Source: Cetorhinus maximus (lineage: Eukaryota). Taken from it: a DNA stretch of 64,000 nt. The translations under genes were made by a program, and so were the position numbers. The stretch is from positions 78,120,001 to 78,184,000 of the forward strand of contig NC_135891.1 in NCBI RefSeq assembly GCF_964194155.1, written 5' to 3'. Below the pieces are notes generated by a model. The model did no database searches and was not told where the DNA came from. It saw nothing but the letters and a program-made list of their open reading frames with translations. Positions 1 to 10,369 of the stretch are shown one piece after another (the first letter of the stretch is position 1; every line of letters begins with the position of its first letter).

Positions 1-745
1 GGGCAAATTATTAACTCGGTTAGGAAATTGGCTGAGTGGAAGGAGACAGAGTAGGGATAATGGGCAGCCATTCTAATTAGCAGGATGTGCCTCGTGGTGC
101 CCTGCAAGTATCTATGCTGGGGTCTCAACTTTTCACAATATGCATTAACAACTTAGTTGTTGGGAATAGGAAGCCACGTATCCAAATTTGCTGGTGTCAC
201 AAAGATAGGTGACATTGTAAACAGTGTAGATGGAAATGAAAAATTACAAAGAGATATGAATGGATTAAGTAAATGGTCAAAAGCTGTGGCAAATGGATTT
301 CACTGTAGTCAAATGTGGGACACAAAAAGGATAGAACAGGACACTTTCTAAATGGTGAAAACCTACAAACTGTGGAGGTCCAAAGAGACTTGGGGTCCAG
401 GTACAAAGGTCATTAAAACATCATGAGCAGGTACAGAAAATAATCAAAAATGTTACTGGGATGCTGGCCTTTATATCCAGGGGAATGGTATTCAAGGTGC
501 AGAGGTAATGCTTCAAATATACAAAGCCTTGGTTAGGCCGTACCTGGAGTACCGTGAGCAGTACTGGGCAACACACCTTGGGAAGAATATATTCGTCCTT
601 GTAGGAAGTGCAGCACAGACTTGTTAGAATGGTGCCTGGAATTGAATAAATTAGGGAGTCAAGGGTTATAGTGGGGGGAAGCAGGGTGGGTGGGGGCTGA
701 ATAGGAAGGTGGAGTTGAGACCACAATAACATCAGCCATGATCTT
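1..745 (+). mobile_element. Degenerate CR1-type LINE 3' fragment (RT C-terminus and tail)
   Basis: The translation gives decayed CR1 ORF2 motifs (VSKFAGVTKIG, compare ISKFADDTK; LQRDMNGLSKW; YKALVRPYLEY), followed by a tail-like segment. It is not repeated in the array units. Confidence 0.75.
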
Positions 746-772
746 ATCAAATGACAAAGCAGAATCCAAAGG

Positions 773-1400
773 TTAGGAATATAGGACTTAGGAGCAGGAG
801 TAGGCGATTCAACCCTTTGACCCTGCTGTGTGATTCTATAAGATCATGGCTGATCTGGTTGCGGTCTCAACTCCAGCTCCCTGTCTGCCCCGCCATAACC
901 ATTAACTCTTTTGTCAATCAAAGATCTATCTAACTCTGCTTTGAATAAATTCAATGACCCAGCCTCCACTGATCTCTGGGAAGAGAATTCCAAAGACTAA
1001 TGATCCTCTGAACAAAAGAAAAATCCTAACCTCCATCTTAAAAGCCCTTATTCTGAAAATGTATCCCTTAGTTCTAGCCTTCCCTGAAGAGGAAACATCC
1101 TCCCAGTATCCATCCAATCAATCCCCTCAGGATCTTCTATGTTTCAGTAAGGTCACCTCTCATTCTTTTAAACTCCAATGAATACAGGCCCAACCTATTC
1201 AATCTTCCTTCATAAGATAAGCTCCTCACCCCAGCAATTAATCGAGTGAACTTTTTCAGAGCTGCTTCAAATGCAATTATATGTTTCTTCAAATAAGGAG
1301 ACCAAAACTGTACACATTATTCCAGACATGGTCTCATCAAGGACCTGTACAGCTGCAGTAAAACTTCACTACTTTTATATTCCATTCCCCTTGAAATAAA
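773..1400 (-). mobile_element. CR1-type LINE 3' fragment; its inner part is repeated at about 12311-12650, 26691-27030, 44206-44540 and 55244-55580
   Basis: Tail motif taggagcaggagtaggc(c/g)attc resembles the one at 32648. The minus-strand translation (RTKGYIFRIRAFKMEVRIFL) resembles the CR1 ORF2 C-terminus. Confidence 0.7.
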
Positions 1401-1462
1401 TCACATAATTGTTACAGCGCAGCATGAGGCCATTCGGCCCATTGTATGTGTACTGGCCTCTC

Positions 1463-1832
1463 GACACAGGGCCATCTGTCATTTGTTTCTATGTTGTGCT
1501 TTCACAGAGCGCTGACCCTTGCTCTGCTATTAACACATTCTGCTCTCTTATCTTTATGCCACAATCAACACCTTCCTTACTCTTCACCATGACCATTAAC
1601 ACTCCCATTGCCTTGTGTCCATGACATCTTTGTCAATCTCTCCTTAGCTGTCACCTATCCCTCACCTTCTATCTCATTCCACTTGCTCCACCCCGTCTTT
1701 AATAATATAATATCCATCATATTTCTACTTCTCTTTATCTCTGACGAAGAGTCATACGGACTCAAAACATTAACTCTGTTTCTCTCTTCACAGACGCTAC
1801 CAGACCTGCTGAGTTTTTCCAGTATTTTCTGT
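1463..1832 (+). mobile_element. Penelope-like-element terminal repeat remnant with decayed hammerhead motif; also at about 12706-13117, 27088-27378, 44595-44962 and 55640-56050
   Basis: Contains CTGACGA-a-GAGTC-atacg-GACTC-aaaacatt-aactctgtttctct...cagacctgctgagtttttccag, the layout of PLE-associated minimal hammerhead repeats. Family assignment is from recall, not a search. Confidence 0.6.
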
Positions 1833-2167
1833 GATTAAATGTGTTCCTGGAGGTTTCATCACATGACTTTTCCCCACACAGCAGCCATTAGTCGGCCAAC
1901 ACATCCATCTTTGTGACGTACTGCCTTTCTACGTCAATGAAAGGAAAAAGGCTCATTACCCAAATGGATGAGGCTTGACTCTCAGCCAAACAGCCTTTTA
2001 CCCCCAGTTTCAATATTTTTAATATCTGGTATAGAGAAATGTTGAAAGAAAATTTAAAAAGAACTGTCCCTTTTATGATTTGTCTCCGGATTTGCACAGC
2101 AGTGTCTTGGAGATTGATCTTCAATTTCTGGAGACTCCAGGCCAATCCTGGAGGGTTGGCAACCCTA
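1833..2167. mobile_element. Non-autonomous DNA transposon remnant (hAT-like), one terminal inverted repeat retained
   Basis: Ends in ...ctccaggccaatcctggagggtTGGCAACCCTA (reverse complement TAGGGTTGCCA, a hAT-type terminus). Present, with variants, just upstream of every promoter. The other end was not found. Confidence 0.5.
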
Positions 2168-2209
2168 TCCTAGAGTAGCGCACTATAGGGAGATGGTGGT
2201 GCCATTATA

Positions 2210-2430
2210 CATCTGTCTATATTTTGCTTTCATATCCAAGGAGGCTCCAAGTATAACTGTCTATAGTGGAACAGACTTGAGTGCCTGGGGGTCAGTTGCT
2301 AAAGTGTCATTTGGAGCAGGAATCCGGGCTGACGGGTCGGGCTTATTAAACATGCTGAATACCTTCCCAGGTAACCTGTGGGACAGGGAGCCGCCCCAAT
2401 GGGATTGGCCCCCAGTTCCCGGCTATAAAA
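2210..2430 (+). promoter_or_regulatory. Copy 1 promoter: E-boxes, GC box, inverted CCAAT pair, TATA (distal CCAAT deleted)
   Basis: CATCTG 2210-2215, CATTTG 2308-2313, CCGCCC 2391-2396, CCAAT-GGG-ATTGG 2396-2408, TATAAAA 2424-2430, about 50 bp upstream of ATG 2476. Confidence 0.7.
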
Positions 2431-2475
2431 CGGGCTGGTGTGCGGGGATGTGATTATCCTGGTTCAGTAACCGAG

Positions 2476-5400
2476 ATGGGACGTTGGGTATTTTGTTGGT
2501 CTCTCTGCTTCTTAGCTGGGTCTTTACTCCCAGCCCAGCCGTTACTTCTCGGGGATGATGTTTGTGTCCCAGAGCCAGGCTGGAGATTTGAGTGCGGACG
2601 CCCCGGGATCAGCAGCAGTGAGTGTACCAGTCAGGGTTGCTGCTTTGACCCGCAGAGCCCCAATGACCATCCCTGTTTCTACAGCCTGAGAAACAGCCCA
2701 GGTAACAAACCCCCTCACGATTCTAGGGGGAAATACTAGGCGAGAGAGGAGAAAATCTAACAGCTGACTAGATTGAGTGGATTGTGGTTTCCATAATGAA
2801 ACCAATTGTTCCTCGGGTGCGGGGGAGGGGTGGAATTCTTTTACTGGGTGAAAAGAATCTTGAGCATGATGAAAAAATGGTAACTTTGTAGAACGTCTGC
2901 AAAGATTACGAATGAGTGACCCTATACTAATGCTGAAGTATTTATCCCTTTAGTGGAATCCTAATGGGAAATTTTAGCCCATGATGGCAGTAAATAGCAA
3001 ACCTGTGAATTTTTCCCTCCAATTTTTGGAGTGTAGGTCACATTTACTCAGTCATGCTGCTTGTAATAGTCTATAGATTTCCAAATAGTGAGGTGTGGAA
3101 GAACAAATCTGAAGGGAAACCACAAGTTTGCAACCATGCAGATATTGGGGGATTTTAACATTACACTCTACACCAAACAATATCTGGACAATTAATAAAG
3201 GAGAGGGATTTCTGAACTGTCTTCAGGAGCACTACTGTGATCAGTGTTCCTGGCCAAAATAGAGAGGTGTTGCTGGATCTGGGGCTGGAAAAAGAGCTGG
3301 GCCAATTGGGCAGTTTCTCTGGGGAGCATCTGGGTAAGACTGATCATTGCATCACAGGGTTTAGATTAATAATGACAAATGAGGAACATTCTAATACAGA
3401 ACTTCAAAATTGGAATAGAGCGCACTTCAATGCAGTGAGGAAGGATGGAACTATAGACTGACAGGAGAATTTAACAGAACAATGGGTGATCTTTAAGGAT
3501 GAGATGCTTCAGGTGTATGCCAAGTGCATTCCAAAAACAGTGAAAGGTAAGGGAGCCAAAATCTGCTGCTTGGATGTTGGGGATTAGAGGGTGTATGATG
3601 CACGTTGGGTGACCTTTCCTTTTGTTATTTAAAAACAAAAGTCACATACAATAGGTTGAGGTGAAGAGGAGAATGAGATTAGAAAAGGCATTGACTGCCA
3701 TTCTATCCTCAATGTAAAAGGAGCTCTGATCTTCTACCAGCAGGTAAATGGTAAGAGTAATGCCTCTATATGTTTAGGAGGTGCAGAGCAAGGCTAGAAT
3801 ACCTGAACACAAATACAAGGTACTCACTATTAAAGAAGAGGAATCTCTTTGAATATTGGTAGAAGTGGAGGCAGTGGACAGTATGGAAATTGAAAGGGAG
3901 AAGGTACTGGAAAGGTTGGTTACGCTTAGGGTGTTAAATCACCCAGTCAGATGGCTTGCGTTGCAGGTTGTTAAAGGAAATGGAGGCGGAGACAGATTAT
4001 GGTAAACCCTTTCACTTTTGATTCCCCTAAATCTGGGTAGATGTTGCAGGATTGGAATGTGATGCCCTTATTCTGTAAGTCTGAGTCACTACATGACAAT
4101 TAAAGTAACAACATCATTTAATTTTTTCTTGATTAAAGATTTCAAAACCTTAACAGATGCTTGGTGAGGCTAGAAATTAAGGGGAAATGGCCTTTTTGGT
4201 GTAAAAAGGCAGTTTGTGTTTGAGGGAGTGTAGTGAATGCTGACCATAGATTTTAAGAAAGCATTTGACAAAAGGCTGGTTAATGAAGAATAGGATCTTC
4301 TGGAAGAAGTCAGCAGAATGGGCAGAGAAGTGGCAGATGGAATTTTAAGGGAAGTGGTGCATTTTGGCAGAAGGAATAGGGAGAGGCAATTCTGAAGTGT
4401 GCAGGGACTTGGGGAAGGGGGTGCATGTGAATCTATTGTTGAGGATGACAGGGTGTAGAGTAATATGTAAAGTACATGGGATCTTGTGCTTTTGTGCTCT
4501 AAAGCAGGTAAGTTGTGATGAACCTTAACAAATCTCTGGCTGGGCCACAACTAGTCCAGTTTTGGGGAGCGTGTGAAGGCTCTTAACGGTGCAGAGGTGA
4601 CTTAACCAAGATTCCAGAGTTGGTGTTGGAAAAGCTAAGCCTCATGGAGAAAAAGGTATTGTGTGGATTTCAGGTGTACAAGATTATGATGGGCCCAGAT
4701 AAGGTAGACCAGAGGGCTGGTCCCATTAACTGATAACTAAGGACTAGGGGCATAGACTTAGGATCCTGGCCAAGGGAATGTGAGGAAGTTTTTATTTTTA
4801 AGAGCAAGTGATAGTGCCCTGGAAGCCTGCCTGTAAGGGTGGTGGACGCAGCAAATACTATTGGTTTTAGAAGAAAATTGAATGGGCACTAGGGGATCAA
4901 GCTGGGGAGTGGGACTAACTGCACCATGGGAAGCTGGCATGGACCTGATGAGCTGAATGGTCTCCTGTGCTGTAAGTGACTCTTATGACCTTGTGACTCT
5001 TCAGTTAAAATGAAGTTAGTTTGTAGAGCTGGTAATGTTCCATACAGAAAAGTCTATGGTACTTCAAGGCACTATAGATCAGTTCAGTTGTGTCACTGCA
5101 TTTAGAGGACTAGATGAGCTATTTGTGGCTCTGACTGAATCCTCCGATGACCTGAGGCCCCTAACCACCAATAGGAGCAGTGGAAATGAATTTTCATTCC
5201 TTTTTGCAGTGTGCACAGCAGATGGTCAGTTCATCATAGTGATCTCCAAGAATCTGACCCGTCCTGCCCTCAACCTGTCGTCTCTGTATGTGAAAGATGG
5301 ACAAGAAGCTGAGTGCAGGCCTAAACTAACCACTGGGCAACTTGTGGCCTTCTGCTTTCCAATCATCTCTTGTGGCTCAAGCAAGTGGGTGAGTATTGAA

Positions 5401-8400
5401 GGGCCAAGCATTTTCTCAGTAAATGAGGCAGCTTCCTATTAAACTGTGTCCTCATTACAGGAGGGAAATAGAACCTTGGTGTATGAAACGGCTGTCTTGG
5501 GGAAGAGGATGATTCAGACTGGGAAGCTGGGCTCAATAACCTGGGACAGCACCTTCCGGTAGGAGGATGGTGGGAGATGTTAGTAAGGGGTGGGGAGGGT
5601 CTGATAATGCATGAAGCTCAACTACTTCTGTTTCTGTGCAGCCTGAATGTTCAGTGCAAGTAGAAGGGTTGGGGGTGGTTGGGGCGGGGGGAGGTGCAGG
5701 AAACAGGCTTGCAGGTCAATGTCACAGTTTACACTGTTTCTCCTCCACCTCCTGCTTCTGAAGATGGGATTTTGAAACTGGAACTGCAAATGACAAAAGG
5801 TAGAGCTGTCCTGGGTAATGGTGAATGGAAGCACTGGGAATGTATCCATACAGGGAGTGACTAGTCCTTGTGTTTGCCTTTCAGGTGGTAACTACAGATC
5901 CTGGTATGTAGATAGTGACTCCCCCATTCAGCATGTTCTTCAGGACCCAGTGTTTTTGGAGGTTCGTGTCCTGGATCGCACTGACCCAATGATTGTCCTG
6001 AGTTTGTGTGACTGCTGGGCAACTCCTGTCCCAGCCCCAAACCATGAGGTGCAATGGAGTCTACTGGTGGATGGGTAAGGAGTATGAATGGAAAGACTAA
6101 TGTTCGAAGTTCATAGTAATAATGGACAAGGATCAAACTTGTCCTAAGTCTGATAAGCAATGTGATAAGACTGCTTCCTACCCCAATCACTAGGGAGAGT
6201 CAAAACCCAGGGCCTAGGAAAATTGAATCTAGTCTAGGAGGCCAAATGAGCCACTTGGCCAAGTGGTAAAGCAACTTGCCTTCTAACTGATGGAACCTTC
6301 ACCCATCAGGAACTAGTGTCATGTCTTGATTTGCAGAGTCAGCACCCATTGCACCAGCCAGTGGTGTATTCCAGAATATCTACTTCTTGGCAAAATGGGA
6401 GAAGCGTGCTGTCTATTCTACTTTCATATGTCCTCTTGCAATCAGACATCCTACAGCCCTTTATTGAAACAAGGCTACACACTTCAGGAATGAATAATCA
6501 CTGATCAATGAGTGTGGCTAAGCTTCTTTAAATTGAGTATCGTACAGAGCTCTTAATAGGTTGTACCCCTAAAAGTGGTTCTAGTACTCTAGACAGTAAC
6601 CATTGTTAATGATAGGTATCCCTTTTGTGTTGAATAATTTCAGTAATAGAATGGAATTCATTTTGTTTTGGCTCCAGTTTATCTCCATTAGTCTTGAACA
6701 TTGCTGTCCTTCAGTATTAACCCACTACACTGGGAGAGCCAAATGGGTAACCCAGCTTTAGAACAATGGAGGAAACTATTTGGAAACATTTCATGAAAGA
6801 ATGGGCTCTACTCTGGAGCCCTTGTTACCAATGCCCAAAACTGCTATTTAGAGGTGCTATCAATAGATCAGGTACCTGTTCCTGGCTCACTGACTGACTG
6901 AACCCTCATGTTACAGGTGTCCTTATGAGGGTGATGACTATCAGACTCTCCTACACCCATTGGATGTGTTTTCTGGCCTCACATTCCCAACTCATCACAA
7001 GCGGTTTGAAGTGAAGACTTTTTGTTTTCTTGGATGGAGAGTCTGAGCAGCCTCTCTCTGAACAGGTAACCAAATTGAATGAAGTCAACCAATTGCTCCC
7101 TTATTGGCTAATGGCTCCTTTTGTATAACAGCCTGGTTCATCTATCTAGACAGAGCTCTCTTTAAATTAACTCCTTGCCTTTTAGGTTTACCTGCATTGT
7201 AGTGCTGATGTTTGCTCTCCTTCTGCTTAGGATGACTGCACACCCAAATGTGGCCCAAGTGAGTTCCTTGTTTTAATCTCTTACTGAATCAGGATTACCT
7301 CAGCCTCCTTAAAGCCAAGCTTCCCTTTGAAGGGAATAGTGTCTTGTGATTGGGGTTTCTCTTTGATCCCCCACAGTGTGAACAGATCCTCCAATGGGAA
7401 GAGCCTTTCTATGAATGGGTGCTCCAGCTCTTTGGAAACTCTGGAGCCTGACTGCATCCCTCTTGATGGCCACTTGTTGCAAACATAGTCCTGGTCAGCA
7501 CAAAGCACAGGTGCCACTAACCTCAAGATCCTAGTTGAAGATCCAGCAATCTGTAGTGATGAATATTATTCCACTGCATGCTAAAGGATGTCGTGTTCTT
7601 AATGGAATCCCAACATGGAGCTGTGGTGTCATCAATATATAAGCAAGCTCAACTTTCAATTATATGCTTTAGAACAAAGACCAGAACAGTGAAGTTTGAT
7701 ATTTCAGCTTCTATATTCAATCAACAAGCCTTTAACAATCCAGAATCTTCAGGGCAAGTTTGTTCAGCAGTTATTCCTCAGCATTACACCCCTTGAAGCT
7801 GAACTATAGTTTCTAATAGCTATGATGTTGGGAAAGCTCTCACCAGAATGAGTTAATTGTGTTCATTGCTTATTCAGAGCAGTGTGGCAGGACAGTGAAC
7901 GATGTGGTGGCTTCTTTCATCTGCAGTTGTGCTCAGATTGAGGGGTAAACACTTGTTGTCAAAGTGTGCAAATTGCAAGCCTTGAGTAGAAGTAGGCAAT
8001 TTGTTCATCCTTGCTTAGATACTCAAGAATCACATGCTGCTTGCTAGTTCTCCCTCTTGGGAGATTGGTGTCTGAATTGGCTCAGAACTGTACTAACTTC
8101 TCTCTTTCCAATAGAGAGACGCAGGAGTACCAGTGACCATGAGGGAATATTAGTGAGTGCTCCTGGTCCTATCATTTTCCTGGAAGACCATCATCTTTCT
8201 TCAGAACTGCATGAAGCAAATGGTAAGTAGAGCCTTTTCACTAGGTCACCTGTGAACTCTCTCTCAGATATAATGTCTTCTAATTTCCCAATAGGTGCTG
8301 CTGAGTCTCCTTCTTGGGCTCTACAAGGAGCAGCTGTTGGCTTCATGATGGTGTCTCTGTCCCTGCTGGTGGTGATGGCTGCTGTGTATATGAAGAGACC

Positions 8401-8440
8401 AAAAGCTGTTGCTTCTCAATGGAATGGAATTGAACTGTAG
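2476..8440 (+). pseudogene. ZP1/ZP4-like (ZPB) egg-coat gene copy 1, disabled
   Basis: Exons 2476-2701, 5210-5388, 5461-5558, 5642-5799, 5885-6074, 6917-7065, 7186-7258, 8115-8222, 8295-8440, all GT-AG. Lesions relative to copies 2/3: TAC>TAG 5661-5663, a net +24-nt G-rich insertion in 5667-5696, +1 T in the T-run at 7019-7023, and GAG>TAG 7228-7230. Confidence 0.9.
3040..4990 (+). mobile_element. Ancient degenerate CR1 ORF2 remnant filling intron 1; also at about 14380-16197, 28600-30523, 46280-49855 and 57290-59190
   Basis: Decayed endonuclease/RT motifs (VYR.PNS, GDFN, LDL.L, HLG.SDH, DF.KAFDK, W.EKWQMEF) and a tail ...gatgagctgaatggtctcctgtgctgtaagtgactcttatgacc. Shared by all five copies, so it predates the array. 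Confidence 0.7.
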
Positions 8441-8446
8441 ATCCTG

Positions 8447-8452
8447 AATAAA
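8447..8452 (+). terminator. Polyadenylation signal, copy 1
   Basis: AATAAA 6 nt after the stop codon, at the same position as in copies 2 and 3. Confidence 0.6.
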
Positions 8453-10369
8453 AAAGAACCAAAGACAAATGTGCCTTGAGGTGTTTGTGATTGATGAAAT
8501 ATGGAGTAGCAAGGGTCAACTAAACAAGTGGTGTTGAATGGAATCTCCCTGATGGGAAGGACATGGTGGAAACTGAAGCTAAACTGTCAGACATAGCAGC
8601 TAATCTAACCTACAGTATCTAGTTTTTAGCTGGCTAAAGGTACTTTAAATAGTTAAGCATCATGTCAGTTCTTCAAAGCAACTTTCAAAGCCTGAATATG
8701 CACAAGTAATATGTTTTGGTGTTTGTTTTTTTTTGGACAATACACCTGAGTTTTAGGGAAGAATTCATGTGACTTTCTCCAAGTGTCGCACCCAGTAGAA
8801 TCATTTAGACATGCTGCAGCATCTAGTGCTTGAGGAATGCTCTCTACAGGAGTGAATCGACTTCCAGGGATGAAGAATAGCTAATTATGCAAATTATACA
8901 CAACTCTGCCCCTCCATCTGGTCTCTAACTAGAAAACACTGTCTTTTCAGTATTTACTTTGAGTTGCTTTTACTTAATTGATCAAGGCTGTGTAGGGATG
9001 ATCAGTGTAGATGGTCTAGTGCATGTGAGTTTGTGGAGAGTATTGTGAACCCAGGTAATCTGGATCTTGGAGCCTTCAGCTCAGTGTTTGAGCCAGCCTT
9101 GGGTACAAACATTGCAGGGCATCAGGGGAAGTTACCTGAATGCTTTGAGAGAGGCTATAACACTGAATCCTACAACACTGGCAGGCTGATGACCTTCAAT
9201 GCCAACTATTTGAACAAGCTAAGACAATTTGTACCACTTTTCCATGTGTTGAAGAATATCTTTAACCTCAAAAACCACTAACACGTTTTAGTTTTGTTTG
9301 CAATCTGAAAACCCAGGTATTTTCTAAAAGAATGGAGTTGCAAGGTTCATAGTTTAAAGCACATTTTATCACAAATCAGAGAACCTGAAGCCTTTAACAA
9401 AACTAGGCTAACTTAAACAGTTAAGATACTAAAAATACAATGAACAGTCACTTGTACTAATGTCTTAACCCCTGCTACACCAGTTTGACTTACACCCGCA
9501 ACAACTAGGGCTAATATCAGAAACTTTTAAACCTCACCATTTTAAAAGGGGTGAGGTTTTCCAGGCCCATCCTCTTTTGCAAGGTTGTCCCATCAAATCT
9601 CCTATCACATGGCTGTGAATTCCCTGCATATCTCTAGCATAAGTGTAACCACTGTGGGTCTGAACTCTCAGTTCTAGTTTACCTCTGGCCTTGTTTTGCT
9701 CACTCACTCACACAGGAATCCTTCAGTTAACAGTTTTAATATGTTAGCCAACACAAGATTTTGACTGAATGCTGTATGGAAGATATATCCTGCACCAAGC
9801 TTGTTTCTAAAAACCCTGTTTGAAACAACCACATCTAGGAGCCTACTTACTCCTATAATTGTGGTGACACTTGCTCTATTTATCTCCCAGGTTTATCTCC
9901 CTGTTCACAATCATTTGCTGGAAGCAATGTCCTTTACCAGAGTCCCTTTCTGACAACCGACTTCTGAAAAGGGTCACGGCTCAAATGTAAAATAGTTTTT
10001 TCCTGGAAACAAACACACATGGGCCTTCACAGGCAGGAAGGTGAGTGTGAGCCAGGCAGGCACAGGGACCTCTGATGCAACACTGCAGGTGCTTTGCTGT
10101 TCAATCAACAGGTACAAAATTCTTGCTGTATGCATGTATTTAAAAACAACATGGTAATAGAAAAGCTGTCTGTGGTACAGGAGGCTATTCAAGTGGAGGT
10201 GTTAAAAGAAATGTAAATATAGTCAAATGACAGATACTGTCCTCTACAAGCACAACAAGCTGCATTGCCTGCTTCTTACCAGGATTCACTCTGTGGGGAA
10301 ACAGGTTTTGCCTCACCAATGGTGACAGTCTGGGGAAAGGGAGAGCTGTTGAACAGGTTCAACTCAAAA

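Noticed and set aside
2440-2475. Upstream GTG start extending the ZP ORFs (MRGCDYPG...) as given in the ORF track
   Set aside because: It lies only about 10 bp after the TATA box, probably upstream of the TSS. The ATG at 2476 has good Kozak context (gagATGg) and begins the signal peptide.
2867-2936. Possible intronic C/D snoRNA (ATGATGA...CTGA, about 70 nt)
   Set aside because: No terminal stem, the C box is not conserved in copies 2, 4 and 5, and no recognisable guide sequence.
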